From: Ramazzottius varieornatus
Lineage: Eukaryota > Animalia > Tardigrada
Direction: 5' to 3'
DNA: 64,000 nucleotides
NCBI GenBank assembly: GCA_001949185.1
Contig: BDGG01000007.1
Coordinates: 1,942,730 to 2,006,729, forward strand
Positions 13,250 through 26,674 of the stretch are shown in pieces (position 1 is the first letter of the stretch; the number at the start of each line of letters is the position of its first letter). Below the pieces are notes generated by a model, which had not been told where the DNA came from, did not search any database, and saw only the letters and a list, made by a program, of their open reading frames with translations. A program made the position numbers and the translations under genes.

Positions 13250-13875
13250 AATCGTGGTCTTTCCAATGGTTGCTCTTTGATACTGCTTGACTTCTTCTCT
13301 GTGTGGTGGAGAGCAGTCTACTGTAGCTGAACCAAGTTTGTATGAAAAGGAAATAGTTGTCTAGGAAGTTGATCTTCTCTGTATTCCGCTCACTTGGTTT
13401 TTTAGTTCTCCTATTATCATCCGTCCCTCGGCGAGATGGATGTACTTGCGTACCTTCCTTCACTTCTGATACACTATCTGTTGACTATATTCCAGAGATG
13501 GCCGGCATTCCAAACATCCGAACCATTTACTGTCCATCTTTTACCTCAGATTCTGTCACAGTTCTGTCCTCAGCAGAAATACTGTTCAGGTTCTTCAAGG
13601 GTCTGAACACGTTGTAAGCAAAGGAAGCTCGCTGAGCCAGAAGCTGTTGCCCTGTCCCGACAAAGGATATTCGGTAACGACAGTTTTTAACGAAGAAACA
13701 AAAGAAGGAAAACCCGCCGAAAACTGCGTCGATCCCAGCAACAAAATTCTAAGGTGGATTGAAAAAAGCAAAAGACGTCAGTAAGGGGATGCACGAGAGA
13801 ACAAGAAACGTTTGATATTTTCGAAAAGAAAACTCTAAAGTGTAAAATCGTCGAAACTAGCGAAAGACGAGTTCT

Positions 13876-15374
13876 TCAGATCGAAACTTCCGAGCTTTCT
13901 GAGGCGCTGGTCGCCAGCTGAGGAACGTTCTGGTCAAACTCGGAACTCTGTAAGTTTGTAGGGAGTGACTCTTCCACAACTGCAGCTGATGCTGGGCTGA
14001 CGATGACCGTTTCGTTGGTTTCAGCGGGTTGGAAGGAGGAAGCGCCTTCGGAAGCGGAAGTCTGGCTCTGCTGGGCAGCTTGTCTGCTGGCGGCCTCTTC
14101 TTCCTTCATGCGCTCCAAGGCGCTAATCTGCGCCTCCAACTCCAGGCAGCTACGCTCAATCTCAAAGTTCTTCCCCACCAAGTTTACCCACCTACAACGA
14201 CAGATGTTTCAGTTTTAAAGAGCCAATCCATTTCGCAGTACGCAGCGTTTTCTTACGTGGTTTCCAGAGTGTTGAGTTTCTCGCCGGCTTTCAACTGCGT
14301 GTTCTTTCGCATCCAGTTCACTTCCTGAATTTTATTCCTATCAGAAGGCCAACAAGGTAAATCAGAGGCTCGAAACAGTTGCCAGACGTTATGGGAGAAA
14401 TTGGACTTTGTGTGAATTTGAGTTCTTACCGGATATCCTTTAGTTCCTGATCGTACTGCTTATACTGACGCTCTACAGTAGGTATGTAGCGTCTCCACAG
14501 CTCGGGACCATAGTCGTTCTGTAGCTGAAGGTTGGCCAACCTGCACAAAAGATCCATATGACTTCCAAATACACTGTGCGGACTTTCCTAACAAATAAAG
14601 ACAGACATTTCTTCGTTGGAAAGTGTCATTCCTGTACGAGTACCTGTTGGTCATGTGGTTGTGGAGGACGGCCACGCGGTTGAAACACTCTTCCCAAGCA
14701 GCTGGATCCCTTCGACGATTACTGGCAGGCTTGATGTTCTGGTACCTAAGGCGTAAAGCATTTTACGAAAGTTAGTCCGCTGCATTGGAAGATCGCAATT
14801 TACGACAAAACAGCAGAGAGAATTGGGAAGCTTGTCAAACAAACTCGACCAGATCGCTTTATCAAGTCGCGTAAGTTTCCAGCTGATATCACTAATAACG
14901 TGCGCCGCTTGAGGGACAGAGGGAGCTTGCTGCCACTTGAGTTGATTGACAAGTGTTGATTGAGCAGCTCACTTTTTGAAATCCAATTTCTCCATCGGTA
15001 TCTTGTCATCCATTCTCTTCGTCTCCATCTTCATCAGGTCCGTCTACCACAGCACACGTCACACTTTGATGAGTTCACAGACCGACGAACAGCAAGTTGT
15101 TTACCTGGAATATTTCGAGATCGAGAGGAGGTAGCTGCTTGAGATAAAAGTCCGATGAGCGATACTTCTTCATGGCTTCCATTTCTTGCTCCACCAGGGC
15201 CGTCACCTACACGACAACGGACACGTTACTAAAGGCATGAAGGGGGAAAGTGGCGAAAACAAGGGATGTTACCGCTTCTCTGACGCCAGGAGCATCGTAG
15301 CCTGAATCGACGTAGGGCAAGGCATCCACCAAGGTTGCGCTGCTCGAAAGCGAGCCTCCCGTCAGACTCAGCAT
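13876..15374 (-). CDS. BCAS2: Pre-mRNA splicing factor SPF27/BCAS2 with a low-complexity C-terminal tail
   Basis: MLSLTGG...LVDALPYVDSGYDAPGVREA|VTALVEQEM, AWEECF, QEVNWMRKNTQLKAGEKL, LVGKNFEIERSCLELEAQI; ATG 15374, stop 13876-13878. Confidence 0.9.
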
Positions 15375-15796
15375 TCTCTGCGCTGCTACAGCTCAACTGT
15401 CTTCCAACAGGCGCAACGGAAACTATGATGTTGCTGTCGTCAAGTTTCTAAAAAAGTCTTGGATCTGCAGGACGAGAAGGAATCGAACGTGCAGAAAACT
15501 GCGGAAAGAAATGGCCGTATGTGACATGTCACATGTCTGATTGTTGATTAACGCGTGATGTAAGTAATGTAAGGTTCGCTGGTGACAGTATATGACAGGA
15601 CACGACAGCACGGCTGACGTCATCGCGGACCAGATTTTGCCGCAATGGCCCAGCATGGCGCGCGGGCAAGGATTTGCCGTCACCTGAAATTACGAAGTTG
15701 GGGACAATGACGCTAGCGTTTCCCATGGTTTATTCTTTTCTTGAATTGATAACAGGTCTAGGTCGAACATAGTGACCCAACGGCACAGTTTAAAGT

Positions 15797-18700
15797 CTAG
15801 AAAGCAGATGCACCGGCGCCGTGGTAGGAAATGGCAGCAGGAAGTGACTGAGGATGGCCTTGTTGGGAGGAGGACTGACTAGGAACACTGGAGGGCTTTG
15901 TATTCAAATCACCACGCAGAAACCTCTCTAGCTTATCTACACAAGCATCTTGATAATCGTGGATCCAGCGGATGCCGTTGAAGCGACAGATGGAACGCAT
16001 GTCTTCCGGAAGGATCTCCGGACTTGGCCAAGTGAACTGCGGGTCCGTTATCGGGACGATATTGCATTTACAGGATATGGCCGCCGAAATCTCCTAAAAC
16101 GCCGTACAAGGTTACATCCGTGGACCTTCTGCTCAAATGAGCAAGGCTGTGGGTACATTGATACCTTGTGGATCCAGTCTTTCTTGTCGTCATCGCCGAT
16201 ACAGCGATCCAGAGCCGTAGGAGAAAGTATCAGGACAAAGTGCTTGGCCATGCGGACACTGTCGATCAGCTTCTGGTCGAAAGCTCCGGCATCCAGCTTG
16301 TCAATGTCAATAAAGACGGAGAAGCCTCGCAGCTGTAGGTGAACCTTGAGAAGACTGCAAGAGATTAGAAGAAGTCACTTATCAGTAAGAGTACAACTTG
16401 GCAAACAGACCCGACCAAATTGTCTCCCTAAGTGGAGCACGCTTCCAGTCAATATCAATGAAACTGCGCGCCACTTCGCACAACGATGCGGTCTAGGGGT
16501 TGTCTGGTTTCCAAATCCATCATTTGGACAGTAGGGTTTAAAATGGAAGTTTACCTGGCTAACTGAGATCCTGTTGAGCGTCGATAGCTAATAAAGACGT
16601 CATTTTCCGAGCGGACTTCCATGACAGCGCCCTTCTCCAGACTATGCCGTCGTCTAATGGCGTCCAAGATTTTGGCTCGATGGACGCCGTTGTCAATCTT
16701 GGCATCGTACTTGAGGTGGTCATCCGTAATGAAGGGGAATACAGACGGGTCGATGCCGGCTTTGAGGAGGTTGTAAGTGTACTGGGCGTATTCAGGTGCG
16801 ATCTGCAGCAGGAAGGAGTGGATGTTGAAGGGATCACAGCTGGCGTAGTCGGAGATGCGTTTCAGTTGTTGAAGGACCCGCAGGAAACGATGACGCTGCA
16901 GTCGACTATGCATTTTCAGGTCTTCTGACAACATCATGTCCGTCAGCTGAAGTAAGACGTCACCGTCAACTTCGTTCTCGCTAAAGACCTTGCTCTCTTT
17001 CGAGTAGCCAATCTGTGGACGAAAGATAAAGAAGTAAAGAATTCCTATATTTAAATACCTATAGCTTCCGCAGTTTTGCTCGACTTTCAAGCATGATGTA
17101 TCCCGCACTTGCCGTTGTCCAACTTCTGGTACCTTTCTACATGTATTTTTAGGCTGAAGATCGGACGACCACCACCACCAAGAAGTAGTGCAGGTATATG
17201 GTATGATTTACCTGTTGAAGCCAGTGTTTGACGTCTTGTATGGTCCACAAGGGGCTCTGCTGGGTCAGGCGGTGCGGCACGGTCTCTCCCAGCAAACTCA
17301 GACATTCGGCGGCGAAGCGGCTAGCAATGTCGTTTGGAGAGCTGGCACAAGTTTTCAGGTGCTCGATTATCCCAAGGTCGCGGAAAATCTGCAAAGAGAG
17401 ACCTTGTCGTCCTGCCTACACGTCAATGAAACAGATGGTGCGAAAAATTGTAGGAAAATGGCATTGAAACTGTCGTCAACTTCATGGAACGCGCGTTTGC
17501 TTGCGCCATTATTAAATTAGGAACTCTTGGACGACACCAACCTTGAAATCGTTTTTCTTTTTACGAGCATGAGCTTCCGTCGCAAAGTGAAAGGCCGCCA
17601 ACTGTTGCGCTTCAAGGATGTGACTGTCCAGACTGGGGATAAGTCTGGTCATGACGTCGCGCGACTGTTTGGGGTCGAGGAGCTCGGCGTAGACCGTGGC
17701 GAAGATCTCCGGCTGATTATCCGTTACGAACTCGTTGACCAGGTCCAAAGTCCCCGACTTGACGACCGCGGCCTCCAGCTCTTTATTGGCAATCAAGGTA
17801 CCGACGCACAAACAAGCCGAATATTTTGTCTGCTTGTCCGTCTGCCCGAACGCCAACGGGAAGAGCCAATCTGTCAAAGCCACACATTCAAAATATAATT
17901 TTTTCTTAATTTTCTGTTATTTCTAATTTAATTATTTTCAGTCACAGTATTCTGTTTTCTCATGTTTTCTTTTATTTTCCTTATTTTTTCTGTTGGTAAA
18001 TAAATTCACGCAGATGGTTTTGCCGAGGGGCGCGCTTTCTGGCTTAAATACAATGTAAAGTGCGCCACTTGAGATAGCGATGTGGGTGCAATTTTTGGCC
18101 GACGTCTCGGTGTCTATTTAATGCTTGCTTGTTCAGTTTACCTTGAGCTCGTTGTTTGATCATCTGGTGTTGGTTGAACTGTCCACCATAGAGGGATAAA
18201 TTGAGGAGAGCCAGGGCGGAAGACCTCTGCGTCTCCAAGTCCTGACTCTTGCAAGCTTCCAAGACGGCATCCAGGCCGCCATTCTTGACCACTTGGTTAC
18301 AGGCCATCTCCGAGTTGTTCATAATCTTGCCCAGCACTCCCGTCCCTGCTCGCCTCGACTCGGCATTACCCTTCATAGTGGCCACCCTGACGATACCATC
18401 GACGCCCTTCTTCAAGATTTTGTCCCTGGCCTCCACGTCCATACACTTGTCCAGGACGCGCGTCGACAAGACGCTGACTTCCTGGTCCCCGCTGTCCACA
18501 TTGTCAATCAAGAGATCAACGATACCATCGTCGTTGATTTTGTGCTGCAGCTGGTTCTGTGTGGAGAGGGAATTTCCAGCGGTCTCGAAGGTCTCCAGCA
18601 TTTGCAGCAGCGTCTTGCGCATTTCGTTCTTGATGGCTTTCGGTGTGGCATTGTCAAAGTGATCGAGGAGCTGCGAAGTGGAGAGGCTGTGCTTGACCGC

Positions 18701-19971
18701 TGGCCCGTTGACCGAGTTTTGGTAGGTGGTGCCGCGGAAAGTGCCGTCGGGCTGCTGTTCGCCTTGGAAGCCGTAAGTATCGGTCTGTGAGGTCTGGGAC
18801 AGCTCGCCTTTACCGGAGGAATCTGCGGCAAAGGAGGAAGAGGTCTTGTTGGATGAGTGACTGAGTGCGGCGCAAGCTTGACGGAGACTTTGGCCCATAG
18901 TGTCCATGGCTTCGATTGTCGCTTTGGCCGCGCTTGTCGACGATACCTTATGGTCGGCTTCCACCTTCAAAGCACATTTCATAAAAACTAATTGTATAAA
19001 AGTCAGAAACTACTATGCTCCTCTTCTCAAAATCAAGCAACAGCAATTTTGTTATTTTGTCGCAGAAGAAAATGACAGAAGATGGAGAGGCCAGGGTACC
19101 TTGAGTTGGCCATTGACTTCAGTGGACTGGATCTGCGACTGCTTTGAATGGTCGTCCCTCCTGGAATCGGAGAAATTGCGGACTTGCCGTCCATTGGGTC
19201 CATCCACAATCTCTTGATAGTGCCTCTGTTGCTGGACCATGACGGAGCGACTCGACGTCTGATGACTGCTCCTTTGGACAATGGGACTTGCTTGTACGGT
19301 GCTGTGGACCGTCATGTCGACGTCTTCGGTATCGAGGAGCGCGGGGTTGGACATGGCGTTCTTGGGCTGGTAGTAAGTGACACTGCCATCAAAATAAGGG
19401 TTATGGGCTGCCTGTTGGCTAGTGCTGCGTTCAATGAGGGGCGACTGAGGGCGAGTGCTGGACAGCAGGTCGCTGCTGGCGAAGCGGCTTTTCATCATGG
19501 GGAGGGGGCTGTCGGGTTCGCTGATAATGGGCTCGGGCGTCTTGGCCATTTTGGCCGCCAGATGACTACCCACGTTAGGCTCGGCCGAAGCACGACGCTC
19601 AAACGTCTTGGGTGAGATATTTAAAGAAATCAAACCTAGGCCCCAAAAAGAGTAGCGGTTAGTTATATAGCCTACCTGACGTGACGGCCTCGACAAAAGG
19701 ACTACTGAAATCCGCATAAGAAAAAAGGCCGATTGTCCAATATGTTATCATTTGAACTGATATGTGTACAAAGATACAGTGATATATTGTTCTTGATGGT
19801 GGCAAGCTGGAACTGGAGGTGGATTACGTCAAGAAGGTATTGGCTATACCTGGTTGAGCAGCTTGGGAGGCGATGGAAGGAGTGCGGCCTGAGGAAGAGA
19901 GGGTCGATGACGAGGCCGTACCTTCCTCGGCCGGCTTCTTTTTATGGCGATGGTCCATGGCGTTTTTCAGC
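15797..19971 (-). CDS. SARM1: SARM1/TIR-1 (ARM-SAM-SAM-TIR NADase); 5' end uncertain, may extend to about 20570 or beyond
   Basis: ARM repeats ([32 protein letters not shown]), SAM domains ([24 protein letters not shown]), and a TIR domain ([21 protein letters not shown]|EISAA with the catalytic Glu, [17 protein letters not shown]). Confidence 0.93.
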
Positions 19972-22264
19972 CTAGACAACGAAGAAAGTGATGAGCCATG
20001 GAAAACCTACAACGTAGGTGGCAAAGATGAAGCTCAGCTGCATGATCGTCATCATGTCTCTCTATCAAAGGCCACTTGAGAATGATCCCCCGCCTATATG
20101 TAAGGCAACTTTCCAGCAGAGAGCCAGAAAGAATCTTAGACTCACGATTTCAGCATGATGGTGCGCGGCCGATGCACTTATCGCTAATCAGCTTCCGTAC
20201 GTATGTATACGCCAGCTCAATATCATGTATTTTGGCCACAGCGATAAAAGACAAGGGAGGGATAAGTCTTGTATACCGGCCAGATTTACCGCAAATGTCG
20301 ATGCAAAGTCAGTGCAAATAGAATGTTACGTCTGCACCATGAAACGCGTATGAAAGCTGAGGGTTGACGGTGCCGAGACAAGATACGAAGACGGCCTCCT
20401 TCACCGTTGGTTATCAAGGCGGAGAGAAACTGTGACGGAAGAGATGGCGGATGGATAATTGTAGAAGAACACAAGTGCTGACATTGACAGGGAAAGTTGC
20501 CCTTGCGCCGCCACCACTTTGCTGGCCTTCTTCCTCACGCGCTTCAGTCAGGGAGGTACCGTCAATCCCCATGCGCTGAATTGTCGACGAGGCAACACTG
20601 AATGAAGAAAAGAAGACGACTGTTGCAACGTGCTTGTGGAGTTTCAGCTGGCAGTCGATCACATGCAATAGCCTAACTGTTGTTACTGTGGGAGAAGACG
20701 GCGACGATAGTCAGAAGAAGCCGTATCACTTTTTGTCGGTTACGTAAGCCAGGCCAGCATGGACGGTTACAGTGGCTTCATGTGTACCAGCATACATATT
20801 AACGAGCATAAACCAGCCAGTTTTCCAACCAGCCAGTTTTCCTCCCGGTCCACAGACACTTTTTGTCTTTTTTTGCGATTGACCGGGAAGAAAAAGTTTG
20901 TTGGGTTTTCCATGTACCACAACGATATCCGACGGCGACTGGACGTAGAGCCAAAGTTGTACGGCTCGCCGACACCTGTCTTGCCGGAAGATAGTAAGAT
21001 TAGTCAATTTGACGGTCGGCCACAATTGTTTTGGTAAGTTATTATGATAGTCACTTCTCATTGCCTTACTGCCAAATGACCATGACGGATGAGCGATAAG
21101 CGTACCGGGTACAGTTGACGGTAGGGAGAGTGCGCCACTGATTAGGGGGTGCCATGCAGTGCCGTTTGACAGACAAACATCAAGTCGTCACTTCAGCCGT
21201 GCCAGTTAACCGTACACGTATTTAACACATAAGCGGTCAAAGTCCATCTTACATCTTCAACAATTTGATATTTCAAGATACAGAAAGTTACTTACCTCAG
21301 CAAAGAAAAGCTGGCCACTGAAGTATCACACAAAATTGCGTAGACTGTCGACCTCCGTTCGAAAGGCTGGTCAGCCTTTTATACGAAACAAAGCTGAGAT
21401 GATATTCCACGTCTTAGCTTCTTCGCTTGCAATTATTCAGCACTCATCCACTCCAGCCACAATTGTTCTGACAAGGAAGAAGGGCCAAATGTTGCCGCCT
21501 CATTGCAGAAAAATGTAAATGCCGCAGTGATGCCAATATTTCTGCCAGTGACTCGTTGCTGGCTCTCCGCAGCGACGATGAGTTCCTCATGTGTCATTCA
21601 TTAACACAGCAACACAGCCATGGCCGAAGCAGCTATAGAGTTCAGTGATACGCACTAAACAATATCCACGATGAAAAAAGACTGTCGGGCTCGGTCGGGA
21701 ACCCACGGATGATACAGCAAGTTAGTGCAGTAACCGAAGACGCAACAGCTTCTGCCAAAAGATATAGTGTATGGCCGTATCAGCTGCCACACATTTATCA
21801 CAGCAGGCTTTGGCCTTCAATCATCGACAATGATACATGTTACAGCGGCAAGCTTCCAGAAAAGTCGACGCGAGGCTCTGAAAGAACGATGGCCGGCAGT
21901 TTGTAGTGGAAATCAGCGACCTACATACTTTCAGTAAGCTGAAGATGACAGGATTTAGAAATGGCGCAAGAGATCAAGAGTTCGTCATCTTCGCACCAGC
22001 CACTTTCCCTCTGTCTCAGGCCGCAGATTGTGCAAATGAAAATTATGTTGAACTGTCCATAGACACAACTTTGGGCTGCCGGCGCCGCCGTGTCAAGCGT
22101 AAAGCCATCGTGACGGATGTCGATCATGCTGCAGTTACACGACAGTGTGCCAAAGTCTGGTCGTCGCTGATAAAAAGTACACTTTGGAAACTTGTTATGA
22201 GCTATCCACCCAGTAATCATCATGGTGCTGACTCAGCCGCTGCGGTACTATGTAGCACTTCACT

Positions 22265-23541
22265 TTAATTGCTCTTCCGTGATTTGCGCCAATACAGGCC
22301 CGTTGCACCTGTCGGTTTGCTCAGCGTCACTGCATTGTCAAAATAACGTCTCAACACTTCAGGTATTGTAATTATACCATTGGACAGTTGATTCTGCTCT
22401 AATATGGCAATGATCATACGAGGGACAGCACAAGCAGTACCGTTTACGGTATGGACAAAAGGTAGCGTATCCTTAGTTTCTTGGGGCTTCTTTTGGTAAG
22501 TGATGTTCAGCCGGCTGCTTTGGAAATCTTTGCAGTTGGAGGCACTGGAGATTTCGCCGTAGCGTTGGCTGCCGGGCATCCAGGCTTCAATGTCAAACTT
22601 GCGGCTAGCGGCCAGGCCCAGTTCTTCCTTGGGCATGTCGAGGACTTGGGCGTGGAGACCCAGGGTGGACACAAGGTCCTTCTGGATGGTGACGAATTCT
22701 TCCAGCATGGTCTTACTGTCGTCCGGCTGACAAAGACCGAACATTTCAACTTTCGTAAACTCGTGAACGCGATAGATACCTTCTTGGACGTCGGAGACCT
22801 CGGCTCGGTAGCACCTAACATCAAGAAATAAACTTGTGAAGAGCTAACAATGGTCATGATTGGATCGAACTGTCGATCCTCTGAACCGCTGTACATGACA
22901 TGACATGACAAACGGCAGCGCACACCGTACAATGCGCATAAGTCCAGCGCAACGCAGAGACGCGCACCACGATGCACTTAACATACAGACATCGGTTGAT
23001 TGTTGTATGGACTCAACGTTAAAATCTCAAACGCACAAAAACCAATCCACGAAGAGAAATATTCTTTTCTCTTCGTGATGACTAACTACAAGTCAGACGA
23101 GCCCTACCTGCTCATGGCGCTAAGTTTGATGGGAAGCTGATCTCTGTGGATGATCTTGTTCCGGTGGAGTGCAGCGATGGCCATTTCGGATGTGCCGGAG
23201 AGCGCAAATCGTCCGTGTCGTTGCTCGTCCAGAAGATAAATCATGTTATGCCGTCCCTTGAGTCGTTCCATTCCGCAGCCATCTAAAACTTCGGGTGAGA
23301 TAATGTCCGGTACGGAGATGAATTCAAAGCCCCGTTGTTTGAGGAAGCCAGTGGTGAAGGAGATGAGGGCTTGCTCCAGTTTGGCGAAGAGTCCGCCCAA
23401 GATGTACGCACGGTCCGTCGACAGAAGGGACAGCTTCGTCCTCCTCAAACTCCCAGCGTATCCGGCGGCCAATGTCTCGATGCTCTTCGGTGCAAAGCGG
23501 AAAGCCTGCTTCGTACCGATTACTTCCACAGCAGCTGCCAT
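22265..23541 (-). CDS. SARS2: Mitochondrial-type seryl-tRNA synthetase catalytic core (2 exons; N-terminal coiled-coil arm not found)
   Basis: ALSGTSEMA, motif 2 [53 protein letters not shown] and motif 3 [19 protein letters not shown]; intron about 22816-23107. Confidence 0.88.
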
Positions 23542-23967
23542 GACGCAAGGAAGAGATTCGTGCTTCAGCTGACTTCAACGGGACTTGGAGTTAGTGACGA
23601 CAATAGTGGCAAAATTATTACTATATTAATTTTTACGAAAGCATATTCGTGGAGGTTGAATCCCCGGGGTCAGTTCGTTCGAGCCGGGTACCAGCGGTGC
23701 ACTCTTGATCCGCTGATCGGCTTATCGCCGTTATCGGTTCCCTTTACAGAAATCGAAATTTTGAAGTTTGTCGGGGACTACCCAAGACGCGAACCGGGTA
23801 CGGTGAGGGAAAGCTGGAAAAGTGGAAATTATCTTTTCTTGAAATTTTCCAAACAAGATTCGACAACTTTTACTCTTTTAGTCTTTTACTTGGACAAAAT
23901 TTCTGCTGCGTTCTTCTTGTCTTTCCTTAAGTGCTCCGACGCTGGCGAAAAAGCTGCAGCTTTGACA

Positions 23968-24840
23968 ATGGCGGATCCGGATATGTGGACGGGGATGAAC
24001 CCCGACCTGCTGCCTGTCAAGATAGCCTTCGCCCCGTCACGCGCGCTGCGAAAACACTACTATCAGTGCCATGCTTGCCAGGAATATGTCACTCATCACA
24101 ACTGCAAGTCGGGCTGGGCTGTAAGTTAACCATCCCTTCTCAGCATAGTCCGCATAACGCCCCCGTATTCTCGTTCGTAGTCCAACCCCGTCCTGATGCC
24201 CGTCGACGAGAAGGACGTTCCCCTCAAGATACTCAACGCGCCTGAGAAGAAGATACCGCTGGAGTTTGACTATCGCCTGTACCTGCAAAAGCACGACAGA
24301 TTTCGCGACCTGACCGTCGACGACGACAACCGCCTCATCAGCTGCTCACTCTGCAACACCGTCGTCTTCAAAGTCACCCATCCCTACAAAGAGCCACGGT
24401 TGGAGCGCATCGAAAAGCATGTTAAGAGCAAAGTGCACTGTGAAAAGCTGAGGCCGACCGACAAGCACTTTAAGCCTTCCTGCCTCCTCTGTCCGGTCTG
24501 CAACAAGTACGTGGCCGTTAAGAACTACAAGCGCCACTGGGCTCTCCCTGTCCACAAGGAGAAGGAAGAGGCCGCCAAGAAGGAAGACTTGACTTCCCTG
24601 TCGGCTGAGGAAGCCAACCAGAAGATGCTGGACAAGATGAAGGAAGTCATGGTCTCTGCCAGTATTTCCGGCTCGGCCTTGAAGAAGGTTATTCCATTCC
24701 TCAGACAGTACTGCGCCGGCGGTGGAGCTATCCCCAGTCGTAGGAACGGACAGATTGCCTTGGGAGATACTCACCTTGCTCAAGATCACGACGACCGCGA
24801 AGAGCACAGCCATGGAAAGATTCACATTGTACAACAGTAG
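23968..24840 (+). CDS. CGGBP1-like zinc-finger protein, paralog 1 (2 exons: 23968-24120, 24181-24840)
   Basis: N-terminal CHACQEYVTHHNC finger, two C-x2-C...H-x5-H fingers (CSLC..HVKSKVH; CPVC..HWALPVH) and a helical C-terminal segment ending PFLRQYCAGGGAIP, matching the CGGBP1 FLSRHVKNGGSIP region as recalled. Confidence 0.75.
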
Positions 24841-25539
24841 ACGGCGCAAGTCTTCTTTACTTTAAACTTCTGGCTGGTTTTCTTCCCGATAAGGATAACT
24901 TGTAGTTTCTGTTGCCCTTTGTTTTTCTTGTATTCATTTGACTATCATAGAATTCCTGTATGTATGTGGACCGTCCGACCGTCATGTAAAATGAGGGCGA
25001 GAGACAGCAGTGAAAGGAGTGAAAGTTATGCTGCAGAAATCACGGAGATGGGGAAAATTTGCACATAGGTTCACGGAACTGACGGAAGGAAGGTATAATG
25101 CAGTTTCTAAGATTTCGTCAAATAGCAGAATGCAGGAAGCAGCAGAAAGACAGGAACTTCACCAGAGACGACATGTCATGCTATGTCATGTCCTGTTATA
25201 TATCGCTGGCACTGTTTGCGTTTCTTCCTGCATTTCTTTCCGCTGCTTTTACAGTACACGTACTTGGATCAACATCTGCGCACTTTAGGAGTTGGATTAA
25301 GTTCCATTCGTGTTGTTGGTGGCGCTGTGCGTCTTGTATCTCTCGACAAGCGGATTCGAGGGAGTCGCGAGACATCTATCGACAGCGGAAAGTGACAGGT
25401 AACCTGGTCGAGCGCATGTTTGAACCGTCCAAGTTGGCAGGTTCCCGCAGCCCTTAGCTTGTTGAAACTACTCCTAATGTTTTCCCTTTTCGGCATTCAA
25501 GAAGCGGGCACAAGATACGTGGAGTCTGACCTGGAAAGA

Positions 25540-26674
25540 ATGGCGGTTCAACGTTTCATACACGTCGTAGTTCCAATTTCAAAGCCTGCGCCACCACGTC
25601 CACCAAAACTCAGGGCGCATCACTATGAATGCTGCGCCTGCCAGAAGCTCATAACTCACGAATGTGCTTCGGATTGGAAGGTAAGACCACGCTTATAGCA
25701 CATAAAATTACCCCAGTTTTGAGACTCGCGATCTCTTGATTCATGGAGATGGAGCTGAGGCGGAAGAATGTAGTTTTGGGCAGCGTCATAACGTGTTAGC
25801 GCATAACGCAATGCTTCGGCCAATTTTATAGCCCGGCAGTTTTGTGACGCCATGCGCATTTCGTCGAGTTGCACTACAGTCTAGCTTTGTTTTCAGACCA
25901 GTCCCATTCTCCAGACAGCTGATACGGGTAAGGTAGCTGCTTTATACAAGGAGCGAAAGCAGGCAACCACATTTGACTTCGCGAAATACCTGCGAAGTGA
26001 GGAGGAGTTTTGTGATCTGTACGTGGCGAACAACAATCGCACCATCAAGTGTTGGGTCTGCCAAACCATGGCGCACCCCATCAAGAGTCGATCCAGGGCT
26101 CCGCATCGCGGTGACTTGATGGCGCATGTCAGAGGTCCGAAGCACCGGAAGAAGAAAGAAGAAGGATACATTCAAGATATTCTCGGCGAGGAGGAGTGAG
26201 CCCGAAGTGCCGAAAGAGAAGCAGAAGACTATCCTGTGCAAAGCCTGCAGCAAGTTCGTGGCCCGAGATGGTATCAAGTATCACCGTACATGTCAGAAGC
26301 ACATGCAGATATTGGCAGCGAACCCAGTGCAAGAAGACCTGACAAAGCTGCCAGCGACGGAGGCTAACAACACCGTGAAAGCTGCGTTCGAGGAAGCGCT
26401 TAAACATGGCGACATCACGGAAAACAAGACCAACAAGTATTTCCGGCCGTTCCTAAAGAGATTTTGCCCGGGTTGTGGGGCCATTGCTGTTAATCATGGC
26501 TCTCGTGTGAATAAGAATAAGAGAGTTAGACCAAAGATATCCAGTGAGAACAGCAAGGAATTTTGTAACAATTCTGATGAAAGTGATGATGACGACGAAG
26601 AAGACAACAAACCTGTGGAATTGCCTGTTATGAGCTTTGAATGCTATTGTTTGGCAGTTCGTTCTGAAAAATAG
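25540..26674 (+). pseudogene. CGGBP1-like paralog 2, frameshifted (exons 25540-25680, 25897-26674)
   Basis: Same exon structure and motifs (HHYECCACQKLITHECASDWK|TSPIL; CWVC..HVRGPKH; CKAC..HRTCQKH; PFLKRFCPGCGAI). The exon-2 frame stops at TGA 26197-26199 and the rest of the protein is in the +1 frame. Confidence 0.65.

Noticed and set aside
23640-23810. GTTCGAGCC B-box-like motif suggesting a tRNA, and a repeated CGA(G/A)CCGGGTAC
   Set aside because: No cloverleaf or A-box could be formed; the duplicated 12-mer may be a promoter motif, but two copies are insufficient evidence.
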